NCBI GenBank assembly: GCA_965218425.1
Contig: OZ244621.1
Coordinates: 4,064,001-4,128,000, forward strand
Direction: 5' to 3'
Origin: an uncultured Candidatus Binatia bacterium
Lineage (GTDB): Bacteria > Desulfobacterota > Binatia > UBA9968 > CAXXLF01
DNA: 64,000 nucleotides
The position numbers and the translations under genes were made by a program. The notes beneath the pieces were generated by a model. It saw only the letters and a list, made by a program, of their open reading frames with translations. It made no database searches and was not told the origin of the DNA. Below are positions 21,080-30,676 of the stretch, one piece after another. Each line of letters begins with the position of its first letter. Position 1 is the stretch's first letter.

Positions 21080-21742
21080 ATGGAAGACAAGAACCAAAAC
21101 GCACTTGACGGGTTTGTCGGCAAGACCCGTAAATTATTTGCCAGCGAGCCAGATCCCGAAAAGAGATGGGCGGCCCTGTCCCCAATCCTCGCGGAACTGC
21201 TTGCCGATCCTGAGGTCATCGAGGCCTCCAAACATTGGCCTGACTGTGTTCCCCGGGACGGACGGGCCGAAAACCTGATCTTCTACGAAGACCCAGACTA
21301 TAAATTCGTTATAAACGGCCTGACCAAGGGTGAGGCCAGACAAGGCGGGCGCACGCGCGTGCACGATCATGGTCATATCTACACCCTTTACGGAGTGCTG
21401 TCCGGCCGCGAAAGGGTGGAGCGCTATGAGCGAACCGACGATCGCTCCAAACCCGACTACGCTGAAATCAAAAAGACCACTGATACTCTCGTTGGCCCTG
21501 GGATGATTGACCTGGTGAAACCCTACGAAGTTCACGCCGAAGTAACCGTCGGAGAGAGAACGGTGGCGGTGATTATCCGCAGCGAGAAGGCGGGCAATTT
21601 CAACCAGGGTCGATACGACACGGAAACATTTAAATACTTCGAGAGCTTTGGTCCGCGCCAGACACCTGTGGAGATGCTACCGAAAAAGGCCAAAGCAGCC
21701 CGGGCGGCAGCCGCGGACATACCGGCGGCGAGCGCTCGATAA
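21080..21742 (+). CDS. Cysteine-dioxygenase-like cupin protein
   Basis: VHDHGH..LYGVLSG.E and distal VHAE (3-His cupin pattern); AGGAGG RBS before ATG 21080. Confidence 0.7.
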   Translation: MEDKNQNALDGFVGKTRKLFASEPDPEKRWAALSPILAELLADPEVIEASKHWPDCVPRDGRAENLIFYEDPDYKFVINGLTKGEARQGGRTRVHDHGHIYTLYGVLSGRERVERYERTDDRSKPDYAEIKKTTDTLVGPGMIDLVKPYEVHAEVTVGERTVAVIIRSEKAGNFNQGRYDTETFKYFESFGPRQTPVEMLPKKAKAARAAAADIPAASAR

Positions 21743-21766
21743 TTCAGGCTGGGGCCGTGGGGCACA

Positions 21767-22198
21767 ATGCCGGTCAAAGTCGTCGACGTCAATGAGATCG
21801 CGCGGGGAGGACAACGGAAGGTCCTTTTCGACCGTCCTAAATTTTCCACCTGGGTCCACGTCTATGCAACGCCCAAGAAAAAAATGGACATGCACGCCCA
21901 CAATTATGACGAGACCTTCTACCTCGTGGATGGTGAATGCACGATGCATTTCCCAGCCGGGGAAAAAGTCGTCATGAAACCCGGCATGGTGGCCCTGATC
22001 CCAGGCGGGGCCTTCTACCAACTGGAAAACTCCGGGGATAAGCCCATGGTCCTCATGGGGAACCGCGCCGGTGCCCAGGGCGAGAGCACCTACGTCCACT
22101 ATGAAACCCGCAAGCAGTACAAAGGGCGCCAAGGATTTGACCTCGCCAACCCCAACTCAAAGGACCGTCAGGATGAAAAAGAAATCACGGAGAAGTAA
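21767..22198 (+). CDS. Cupin_2 domain protein
   Basis: MHAHNYDETFYLVDG and PG.VALIPGGAFYQLEN.G cupin motifs. Confidence 0.8.
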   Translation: MPVKVVDVNEIARGGQRKVLFDRPKFSTWVHVYATPKKKMDMHAHNYDETFYLVDGECTMHFPAGEKVVMKPGMVALIPGGAFYQLENSGDKPMVLMGNRAGAQGESTYVHYETRKQYKGRQGFDLANPNSKDRQDEKEITEK

Positions 22199-22302
22199 TC
22201 GTCTCGTACTTGAGGGAGGTCTGATCCATCGTCACCAAGATAGGCATTGAGTCAGGGTTTACGTCAGCGAATGATTTGAGCTGATGGTGAAGGAGGCTCG
22301 CC

Positions 22303-23166
22303 ATGGCACGAGTTGAAACGCGAAACAAATCGACGGACACCATTAAAACTGCCCTTAACTACATCATTGACACGGGAGAGAAGCCGGTAACCTACACGGC
22401 CAAACCCGGGGCCACACCCGAACAACGATCGGGAAAATACCAGGCGCACACGGTCACCATCCAGGACGGCCGTCCCATAATCGAGGACTTCTCCCTGGAA
22501 CGCGAGGGATTCGTTTTCGTCAACCATCAGACCAAGGTGAAGGATTTCTACGACGAAGACGAGTTGCGATCGGTGTACTACCCGGAAATGGAGCAACTGG
22601 TGAAAGACCTGACCGGAGCGTCTCGAGTTCTGGTCTTCGACCATACCCTAAGGGCCGAGGACAACGAGACACGGGAGGAGAAAAAAGTACGCGAGCCTGT
22701 CAGGAGGGTTCACAATGACTACACCGAGTGGTCCGGTCCGCAGCGTGTGCGCGACCTTCTTCCCCCCGACGAAGCGGAGAAACTGCTGCAACACCGGTTT
22801 GCAGTGATTCAGGTGTGGCGGCCGATCCGGAAACCCGTGAAAACGGCGCCCCTGGCCATTGCCGACGCAATGAGCATCGCGCCCTCGGACCTGATTCCCA
22901 CTGAAAGGAGATACCCGGATCGGGTTGGTGAGACCTACCATATTACCTTCAACCCTTCCCACCGGTGGTTCTATTTTCCGGAAATGCAAAGAAATGAGGC
23001 CCTGGTCTTCAAGTGCTACGATTCGGAAAGGGACGGCAGGTCGCGGTTCTCCGCCCATGCGGCCTTCGAGGACCCCAATAGCCTGCCCGACGCTCCGTCC
23101 CGCGAGAGCATCGAAATTCGCACCCTCGCCTTTTTCCCACCTGCCGCAGCATCAACGGGACCTTAA
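22303..23166 (+). CDS. CmcJ/NvfI/AsaB-like Fe(II)/2OG-type oxidoreductase
   Basis: FSLEREGF, VFDHTLR, VHNDYT (HxD), WRPI, PLAIAD, FKCYDS, AHAAF and RESIEIR motifs. Confidence 0.85.
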   Translation: MARVETRNKSTDTIKTALNYIIDTGEKPVTYTAKPGATPEQRSGKYQAHTVTIQDGRPIIEDFSLEREGFVFVNHQTKVKDFYDEDELRSVYYPEMEQLVKDLTGASRVLVFDHTLRAEDNETREEKKVREPVRRVHNDYTEWSGPQRVRDLLPPDEAEKLLQHRFAVIQVWRPIRKPVKTAPLAIADAMSIAPSDLIPTERRYPDRVGETYHITFNPSHRWFYFPEMQRNEALVFKCYDSERDGRSRFSAHAAFEDPNSLPDAPSRESIEIRTLAFFPPAAASTGP

Positions 23167-23416
23167 GCGCGACCCTATCCCGTGGAAAACCATATTATTC
23201 CCACCGGTTTTCCATCAGAAAGCTGCGTCGGTCGATCTTCACCGTACCGCTGGTGAAGGTGATTGAAATACTGAGAACGTTCGTGTGAAAGTCCCCTGCG
23301 CCCGGTCGTGATTCCGGGCAATACGGAGCCGTGCAGCATGTAAATGAAAGGAAGGAATGGCAAAAGCAAAAGTGGTGATCAAACCAAGAAGCAGGATCAT
23401 GAAAATTCCATTTCAA

Positions 23417-23887
23417 CTAGAATATCCCTGCCTCCAGACCCGCTGCCATGGCCATGCCTAACTCCTCACATTGGAGGTTGTACTTCGCACGAAAGTCTCC
23501 GGCGCATACCACCGGTTCTTGAACCAGCTTCCACTTGAGACCGCTTACAATGCGGTCAATACTCGTTAGTGCCCCGGTGCCATCATTGCCCGCGCGGATA
23601 AACAAAGCATAGGGCAACCCATCGGTCTTATCGAGACAGGAATAATAGATTCGATCAAAAAGATCCTTCAGGGCTCCACTCATATAGCCAAAGTTTTCCG
23701 GGGTGCCTAGGATAACCCCATTGGCCCAGAGAACGTCTTCTGGCACCGTTTCGAAGGGGTTTTTCCGTCGCACCTCTATCCCTACGATGTCCGGAGAGGT
23801 CGCACCCCGAAGGACGGCGTCGGATAATTCACGTGAATTGACCGAGGGCGCGTGGACAACCAAAAGGAGATGTTTGTTGGCATCCAC
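23417..23887 (-). CDS. Flavodoxin-family / NAD(P)H-dependent oxidoreductase
   Basis: LGTPENFGYMSGALKDLFDR and AGNDGTGA motifs. Confidence 0.85.
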   Translation of the reverse strand: MDANKHLLLVVHAPSVNSRELSDAVLRGATSPDIVGIEVRRKNPFETVPEDVLWANGVILGTPENFGYMSGALKDLFDRIYYSCLDKTDGLPYALFIRAGNDGTGALTSIDRIVSGLKWKLVQEPVVCAGDFRAKYNLQCEELGMAMAAGLEAGIF

Positions 23888-24097
23888 TTAATTCCCCTCC
23901 GGGAATGCTCACGGGCACACACAAGGAAGCAGTAACCAAGCACTACTGCTGGAGATCTATTTTTCATTATCCCATGGTCGGACAAATATCTACATACCCC
24001 TCCCTCGGAAATAGGTTGGAAATTTGTTTTCGATGGAGTAAGGAGGAGACAACCTGATTTACCTCAACCATCCATCAACCAAAAGGAGGAAAATACT

Positions 24098-24922
24098 ATG
24101 GCGGACGCCATTCAGGAAGAACACCCGGGACTCGGGAAGGGTCTTGGACGGCTACTGGGGAAGGTAGCTCTTGTGACGGGAGCAAACAGTGGCATCGGGC
24201 GCGCCACCGCACGCCTCTTGGCCCGCGAAGGGGCCAAGGTAGTATGCTGTGACATCCAGGAGACCTTATCTCCGAGGGTAGACAAGCTCATTGAACAGGA
24301 CGGCGGACAGGCGATTTTCCTGCAATCCGATGTCACCCGTCAGGCCGACTGGGATCGGAGCATCGAAACGGCCTTGGAACGATTTCATGGCCTCCATATT
24401 CTCTTCAACAACGCTGGTGGAGGGGTACGCAAAAAAATTCACGAATTCACTGATGATGAGTGGAACTTCGTCATAAATCTAAATCTGAATGCCATATTTC
24501 GCGGTGTAAGGGCCGCCCTACCCCACTTTCTCAACCAGGGACAGGGCAGTATTGTGAACACGGCCTCCACCTTTGGAATTCTCGCCACCGACCAGTACCC
24601 AGCTTACTGTGCCACGAAGGCCGCTGTCGTGAACCTGACCCGTCAGATGGCCCTGGACTATGGTCCCAGCGGAATCAGGGTCAATTGCGTGTGTCCCGGG
24701 TCCACCGAGACTCCGCGATTCCGGGGCTACCCGCCCCAGCCCTCGCTGGATCGAGTTACAGAGGAACAACGCACAAGGATGGGCAACAGCAATCGCGCCC
24801 TGAGGCGGATGGCCCGGCCGGAGGAGATCGCTTATGGAGTCCTCTTCCTCGTATCAGAAGAGTCTTCCTTCGTCACGGGTCACGCCCTCGTGATTGATGG
24901 AGGACAAACCATCGACGCGTAG
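24098..24922 (+). CDS. Short-chain dehydrogenase/reductase
   Basis: TGANSGIG, NNAG, YCATK, IRVNCVCPG and TGHALVIDGG. Confidence 0.93.
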   Translation: MADAIQEEHPGLGKGLGRLLGKVALVTGANSGIGRATARLLAREGAKVVCCDIQETLSPRVDKLIEQDGGQAIFLQSDVTRQADWDRSIETALERFHGLHILFNNAGGGVRKKIHEFTDDEWNFVINLNLNAIFRGVRAALPHFLNQGQGSIVNTASTFGILATDQYPAYCATKAAVVNLTRQMALDYGPSGIRVNCVCPGSTETPRFRGYPPQPSLDRVTEEQRTRMGNSNRALRRMARPEEIAYGVLFLVSEESSFVTGHALVIDGGQTIDA

Positions 24923-25143
24923 GGTATTACCCGCGCCACCTTTTGGTGATCCGTAGGGAATTTAACCAGGGTCCATTGAAGGAATAGAAAAGATAGAGGG
25001 GGAAACCTGTAGTGGGGGGACATGGGACTGACGTCCCCCCCCGATCTCGATCAGACCGTGAATTTCCCTTTGACCGATTTCATTGTCCCACGGCCACAAA
25101 AGCGTTTCGCCGCGTCGTCACGAACTGCACTTTATAGCTATAT

Positions 25144-25160
25144 TGGCAAAACATGTGCCA
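25144..25160 (-). promoter_or_regulatory. Sigma54 (-24/-12) promoter motif
   Basis: Minus strand TGGCACATGTTTTGC = TGGCAC-N5-TTGC; dyad GACATT-N11-AATGTC at 25226-25248 upstream. Confidence 0.55.
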
Positions 25161-25317
25161 TCCAAAATCCGTTGGATTTCATGGGATCATCAGCCCCCGA
25201 TAACCTTACAATGGGGTACTATTTTGACATTGATACGCCAGAAATGTCCTAAACGGAGCGTTAGCGGATATTTAAGAACCACCCGAGAAGAGTTGGTCGC
25301 CCCAAGACGTCACAGGA

Positions 25318-25452
25318 CTAAAATCCGAAATCCAAAGCTCGAAATCTTAAACAAACCGAAACGCATCAATCCCAAACGATTTTGTTTGGAAATTTCTGTT
25401 TTTTGATCATTGGGATTTGTTTCGAAATTTGGTTTTCAAATTTCAAATCGGG
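25318..25452. repeat. Repeat family 2: heptamer-periodic inverted repeat (AAATCCG/AAATCCA ... ATTTGG/ATTTC)
   Basis: A-rich 7-mer tandem arm followed by a complementary T-rich arm; similar to 56714-56950 and 63044-63270. Confidence 0.65.
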
Positions 25453-25453
25453 A

Positions 25454-26122
25454 CTAAGAGTAGGCCTGATATAACCCTTCGAACTTACCCAACTTGATGC
25501 GCACCATGTGTTGGGCACTTTCCCGCACCAGTCGTTCATCCCTTGGAGTCTTGATAAATTGGGCCATCAAATTGGCGGACCGCTTCGTATGCTCCCGGTC
25601 GGCCACCATGTGAACCGTAAAAAACTCTAGCGCTGGATCTCCCAGCCCGTAGTGTTTACGAAGGTAGTGATTGAACTCCCCTGAATAACGACAAACCATG
25701 CTTTCACTGGTTAATGCGGAGGCTCGATTAACCACGGGGATTCCCAGAAGTACGTTACTTACGGTTCGGCAGGTATGGATATGACACTCAAAGATTTGCG
25801 TGGCACCGGCAAAGTCTTCCTCTTTTAACCCGATGGCGAGGCCAAAGCTCTTTGCTAGATCGGGATGGGTGTGTTCCTCATAGAACTGATTCACGGACCG
25901 TTCGTAGAGCTCTGGGTCATGAGCATTCTTCACCATCCCGAGGACGAAGCCCTTCAGGATGGCCCGGTTGTGGAGATAGTGTTGAATTGCCCATCCCTGA
26001 AGTCGCCGGATGGAGAGCTTCCCTTCCCGGAGTTCCGAGAAATAACGACACTCCATGAGGCGCTCTACACCGGGCTGAACAATCTCCCTAATCACCGAGT
26101 CGACGACTGCTTTACCGTCCAT
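25454..26122 (-). CDS. Heme-oxygenase-like diiron protein (TenA/PqqC/CADD fold)
   Basis: EEHTH, SES and FFTVHMVADREH (H-x3-D-x2-H) ligand pattern. Confidence 0.75.
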   Translation of the reverse strand: MDGKAVVDSVIREIVQPGVERLMECRYFSELREGKLSIRRLQGWAIQHYLHNRAILKGFVLGMVKNAHDPELYERSVNQFYEEHTHPDLAKSFGLAIGLKEEDFAGATQIFECHIHTCRTVSNVLLGIPVVNRASALTSESMVCRYSGEFNHYLRKHYGLGDPALEFFTVHMVADREHTKRSANLMAQFIKTPRDERLVRESAQHMVRIKLGKFEGLYQAYS

Positions 26123-26153
26123 TTTCAGGTTCCTCCCGATTTAAAGATACGGT

Positions 26154-27191
26154 TTAGTAACCATCAAACATAGTTTGGATTTCATCAGGATCACGGGTCC
26201 TCGTGAGGGCCAGAGACAAGAGAACACGGGCTTTCCAAGGCTGAAGGTTGTCCGCCGCCACCATTTCTCGCCTGATGAGCCCCGGGCTGCGCGCCACCCG
26301 GCCGGATCCCACCCGGCTTGCGATACAAACGGTCACCCCTTTTTTGACTGCTCGATCCAGCGCTTCCTCTTCCGCGGGGGTGGGACGCCCCGCTCCAGTC
26401 CCAGCACTCACAATCCCCATGGCCCCGGCATCCACAGCAGCGTCGATCATGGCTCCATCGGCGCCAACGTAAGAGACCACCACATCCACCCGGGGAAGTG
26501 AGTTGAGCCGGCGCACCTCGAATTCCGTTTCCACTGTATGTTTTTTCACCGTACGATGAAAATAAACGATTTTGCCGTCGGCGTCGGCAAACTCCAGGGG
26601 TCCAAGGTCACGCCCCTGAAATGCATGCACCCGGTAAGTGGCTGTCTTAGTCGCATCTCTTGCGCTGAGGATGGTGTCGTTCATGACCAAGAGCACACCC
26701 CGCCCCCCGGAGGACGAATCTGCGGCAACCCGGATCGCATTGACGACGTTCAAATAACCGTCGGCGCTCACTGCGGAAGAGGGCCGCATGGAACCCACTA
26801 GCACAACCGGCCTATCCGTCTTAAGGGTTAGGTTGAGAAAGTAAGCCGTCTCTTCAATGGTGTTGGTTCCATGGGTGACAACCACACCGTCCGCCCGTTG
26901 GTCATCAAAAACGGTATGGATGGTCCGAACCAGGTCCAGCCAATCTCTGTCTACGAGTCCATGGCTGGGTAGCCGTCGAAAGGAAATCTCTTCAAACTTG
27001 GCCAAGGACGCGAGCTCCGGAAGCCGCCCCAGGAGCTCTCCCCTATTGAGTCGCTTGCCCGCTTCGATATACCAGGCAAGATCGAGGCGGTCCTTACCCA
27101 CCGAGTCGATGGTCCCTCCAGTGATAACGATCACCACCCGCGGAAGCTCATTTATCTCTTTACGGTTCCTCTGTGGAGTTCCTTCCGCCAT
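26154..27191 (-). CDS. Asparaginase/glutaminase family amidohydrolase
   Basis: TGGTI, HGTNTIEETAYFL, PVVLVGSMRP, ATKT and KARVLL motifs. Confidence 0.9.
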   Translation of the reverse strand: MAEGTPQRNRKEINELPRVVIVITGGTIDSVGKDRLDLAWYIEAGKRLNRGELLGRLPELASLAKFEEISFRRLPSHGLVDRDWLDLVRTIHTVFDDQRADGVVVTHGTNTIEETAYFLNLTLKTDRPVVLVGSMRPSSAVSADGYLNVVNAIRVAADSSSGGRGVLLVMNDTILSARDATKTATYRVHAFQGRDLGPLEFADADGKIVYFHRTVKKHTVETEFEVRRLNSLPRVDVVVSYVGADGAMIDAAVDAGAMGIVSAGTGAGRPTPAEEEALDRAVKKGVTVCIASRVGSGRVARSPGLIRREMVAADNLQPWKARVLLSLALTRTRDPDEIQTMFDGY

Positions 27192-27417
27192 TGATCGATT
27201 TCTTCTGTCCAACTTTTTTATCCTTATTCCCGCCGTTCAACGGGGCCGTACTTTAGTCTCGGTGTACTGGGCTTGTCAATCATGAGAAGTATGAGCTCCG
27301 ATCTATATAGTCCAAGATTGCCCTCCGAGACCGAATTTTGGACAAGCCTAGATAATTCAACGAAACGAAGATCCACTACCGGATCGCAATGGCCACTCGT
27401 TATGAAAGGCACATGTC

Positions 27418-27663
27418 TTGCTCCATGTTCCGGGCATGGACATTGTAAGGGAGGCCGCTCCTTCTTTTGCTTTTCCCACGCAGACCACCTATATCGAGAG
27501 GGGAAAAGGGCTCGACGGCGAGCTGGCCCGGCAAGCAGAATCCAGAGTCAAAGAGCGGAAGGAACACAAAGCTCTCTACCTTCCGGAGTTTGCGCCGGAG
27601 AAGATTAGCGAGCTCCGGGGTTCGTTGGATTATCCACCACCGGGATCCGCTTCGTTCGGATAA
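27418..27663 (+). pseudogene. C-terminal remnant of an MscS mechanosensitive channel gene
   Basis: MDIV...FAFPTQTTY and terminal LDYPPPGS match MscS-family C-termini; no upstream TM region or RBS. Confidence 0.65.
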
Positions 27664-27695
27664 GAGATCAGAGAGGATTTGGCGTCGGTTTTGGT

Positions 27696-28634
27696 CTAGC
27701 CTGACACTTGGGGATCGGTCCAAATATCTCTGAAACGAACCGCCACCACTTGCTCGTAAGGTACTGGGCCGGGCAGTAAACCAACTGATTGTGCAAAGGA
27801 ATTGAGTTTTAGAACTGCATCTTCAGAAATGACCGGATCGTAAAAGGGAGAGTCACGCTCCACAAGAGTCTGAACAAGCGCGGCAGCCTCTGGCGGGAAA
27901 CGGCGCTGTCCTACCTTCGCCGAAAGAATTGGCTCTGCGCGAAGTGCTATTTGGGTTTTCACAATGGCGCGCACAGCGGCTGCGACACACTCCGGATCGC
28001 GCGCGATCAATGAATCGGTTGTAGCGAGCCCGGCGAAGGTAAAGTGACGCACCTCGGCAGGGTCGTCGCCGCGTCGCACATCGAGAAGAATCTTTCCGAT
28101 CCCTCGTCTTACCGCGGTCTCGCTCCCCATGGCGTTGGCCCAGAAACCGTCCACCAGGCCTGATTCAAGGGCCTGAGCCGCAAATACCCCGAAAGAAACT
28201 TTGGTCCCATCTGTACCGGGAGGATGCACAACCTCTACTCCGTCTCGATGGGCGTTAATGCCGGCCTCGATTAGCAATCGTTTGAACAAGAGATCCGGTC
28301 CATGAGCCGCCGCGATGCGGAGCCCCTTCAGCGCGCTGATGTCTCCACGCTTCGCAGGGAGATCGCTGCGGACAACGAGCAGATGGGGAGTTCCCTGGGA
28401 GAGGGCAACCACCAGCTTGACCCCTTGCCAACGGGGAAACACTGTCAGGAGATCGAACATGGTGCCTGCAATCATGGCATCGGCATTGCCATCTCTGAGC
28501 GCCTTGGTTGCCATGAGCTGGGGAAACAGCTCCACCTGGGCATCCAAGCCTTCAGCCCTGTAAAATCCTAACTCCTCCGCGGCAAGGGCAGGAAAACAAG
28601 TATTGCTCACCAGGTCCACCGCTGCAATACGCAT
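27696..28634 (-). CDS. SsuA/DszB-like periplasmic-binding-fold protein, no signal peptide
   Basis: AEELGFYRAEGLD, ALKGLRIAA and GLVDGFWAN patterns. Confidence 0.75.
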   Translation of the reverse strand: MRIAAVDLVSNTCFPALAAEELGFYRAEGLDAQVELFPQLMATKALRDGNADAMIAGTMFDLLTVFPRWQGVKLVVALSQGTPHLLVVRSDLPAKRGDISALKGLRIAAAHGPDLLFKRLLIEAGINAHRDGVEVVHPPGTDGTKVSFGVFAAQALESGLVDGFWANAMGSETAVRRGIGKILLDVRRGDDPAEVRHFTFAGLATTDSLIARDPECVAAAVRAIVKTQIALRAEPILSAKVGQRRFPPEAAALVQTLVERDSPFYDPVISEDAVLKLNSFAQSVGLLPGPVPYEQVVAVRFRDIWTDPQVSG

Positions 28635-28727
28635 AGTTTTTGTGTCCTTCTCGTTCACTCCACAAAGATTTGCGTTCGTTATCCTTCCTTATTCAAAAAA
28701 TCAAAGAGGGATGCACCAGGTGTGAAC

Positions 28728-29495
28728 TTATATTGCGACATTAGCCAGCACTGGGGTATGGTCAGAGGGCCGCTCCCGGGCTCGCATGTCACGATCGATG
28801 ATACAGCTCTTGCAGCTCTTCGCGAGTTCCGCAGAAAGAAGGATATGATCAATGCGCATCCCCAGGTTTCGTTTGAAAGCGTTCATACGGTAGTCCCACC
28901 AGGTGAAGCTCCGGTTACCCTGTTCAAAGAGACGAAAGCTATCCATCAGCCCGAGCTGGATAAGGGCCGTAAACGCACTGCGCTCCGGGACGCTGAACAG
29001 CACCTTCCCTTCCCACACCTTCGGGTCATGCACGTCACGCTCTTCGGGCGCAATGTTGAAATCACCGAGCACGGCAAGGCGCGGATGGACCTTTAGCTCG
29101 TCTTTGATCCATGAGGTGAGGCGTTTGAGCCATTCCAATTTGTATTGATACTTGTCGGACTCAACACTCTCTCCGTTCGGGACATAGACACAGATGGTGC
29201 GCACACCGTTTAGCGTAGCGGCCATAACGCGTTTTTGCGGATCATCGTAGCCCGGGATTCCTGCCTGGACTTCGTCCGGCGACAATCGGCACAGAATCGC
29301 GACACCGTTATAGGTCTTTTGACCCGAATAAACAGGCTGATAACCCGCGGCCACGATCTCTTGGGTTGGGAATTTCACGTCCTCCAGTTTGGTCTCTTGC
29401 AAACAGAGGGCATCGGGCTCATGAGAAGCCAGCCAGTCCTGGACCTGTGGCAACCGGACCTTGAGTGAATTGACATTCCAAGAAGCTAGCTTCAT
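28728..29495 (-). CDS. xth: Exodeoxyribonuclease III
   Basis: ASWNVNS, LQETK, YNGVA, YVPNG, GDFNIAP, FTWWDYR, RIDH and SDH. Confidence 0.96.
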   Translation of the reverse strand: MKLASWNVNSLKVRLPQVQDWLASHEPDALCLQETKLEDVKFPTQEIVAAGYQPVYSGQKTYNGVAILCRLSPDEVQAGIPGYDDPQKRVMAATLNGVRTICVYVPNGESVESDKYQYKLEWLKRLTSWIKDELKVHPRLAVLGDFNIAPEERDVHDPKVWEGKVLFSVPERSAFTALIQLGLMDSFRLFEQGNRSFTWWDYRMNAFKRNLGMRIDHILLSAELAKSCKSCIIDRDMRARERPSDHTPVLANVAI

Positions 29496-29526
29496 CGGCG
29501 CCTCACGATCTCTTCGAAGTCCTGGT

Positions 29527-30651
29527 CTAAAGCTCGGGTTCTAGAATCTCCAGACCATCGAAGCGGTCTATGAGAAAAAGCATGGCGTCATCACGGCGAA
29601 AGACATCGTTGCTCATGGGCGCATCCTGGCCCTTACCTGGCCTAGGAACGTAGTAGCCGATCTCATCCGGTGAGTATGGATTAGAAATGTCCAGCATACG
29701 AAGTCCACCTGAGAAATAAGTAACAAACAGGATGTTGTCATAGACCTGTTCCGCCGGTTGGTGAGCGCCTACCTTACCAGGGGCATCGACGCGGGGAAGA
29801 AAATGGGTCGAGATGGGGATTGGTTGCTCTTCATCGGTAATATCATAAAACCAAAGGAACGCTGGTGGATCGGGTCGTTTCTTCTGGGCCTCTTCATCGG
29901 CCACAACGACAATGTCTCGATCCATGAGTTTCCAGGGAACGGGCAAGGCTGTGTGGGTCGGAGAGGGAAAGGTTGGGTGCGTATCGAAGTGACTCACCAG
30001 TTTGGGCCGGCTCATGTCCGAAATATCCAGGATGACGGTTCCTCCGTGCCAGTAACTCACGTACAGCCGATCACCATTCCGAATGGGATGGTGGCAGCGG
30101 CAATCCGTGCCTTCCCAGGTGGGGGTTTCGCCCCCTGCGGTCCACTGTCCCGGCATCCACCAGCGACCCACCTCTTCAGGTTTGGTTGGGTCCTTGAGGT
30201 CTAAGATCAGAACGATGTTACCCACATAACCCTCCATGACGGGAGAGAGGTAGGCGTATCGGCCATCGAAGGTAAAGCGGTGGACACCCTTGCCAGCGGC
30301 TTTGAAAAAGGCAATCTCGCGGGGATGGGATTTGTCGGAGATGTCAAAAATTTTGAGGCCACCCTGGGGCTCCTGGGTGGTTTGAAACCTCTCATAGTTG
30401 ACCAGCATAACATCCCCGCTGACCCGGACTTTATGAGAGTGGATTCCCGGGGGAACCTCAAGCTGAGCCACCACCTTTGGGTGCTTGAGATCCCTCAGGT
30501 CAAGGATAGAAGTCCCGTGCGGCGGGTCAATATGCCCCACATATCCATGCCCATTTTCCACAGTAACAAGACCTCCACCTGGAAGGTCCGTCCTACTGAC
30601 CTGCTTGATCCTCTTACTCGCACCGGACAAAAGCGTTTCTGGGTTCACCAC
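29527..30651 (-). CDS. LVIVD-repeat beta-propeller protein (probable start GTG 30651/30648)
   Basis: Repeated G..I.DISD...P units with a His in successive blades. Confidence 0.8.
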   Translation of the reverse strand: MVNPETLLSGASKRIKQVSRTDLPGGGLVTVENGHGYVGHIDPPHGTSILDLRDLKHPKVVAQLEVPPGIHSHKVRVSGDVMLVNYERFQTTQEPQGGLKIFDISDKSHPREIAFFKAAGKGVHRFTFDGRYAYLSPVMEGYVGNIVLILDLKDPTKPEEVGRWWMPGQWTAGGETPTWEGTDCRCHHPIRNGDRLYVSYWHGGTVILDISDMSRPKLVSHFDTHPTFPSPTHTALPVPWKLMDRDIVVVADEEAQKKRPDPPAFLWFYDITDEEQPIPISTHFLPRVDAPGKVGAHQPAEQVYDNILFVTYFSGGLRMLDISNPYSPDEIGYYVPRPGKGQDAPMSNDVFRRDDAMLFLIDRFDGLEILEPEL

Positions 30652-30676
30652 CTTCTCACCCCCAGGTTTGGTATGA

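Noticed and set aside
25318..25452. Possible CRISPR array in the periodic repeats
   Set aside because: Units are 7-bp degenerate tandem repeats without unique spacers, and no cas genes are present.
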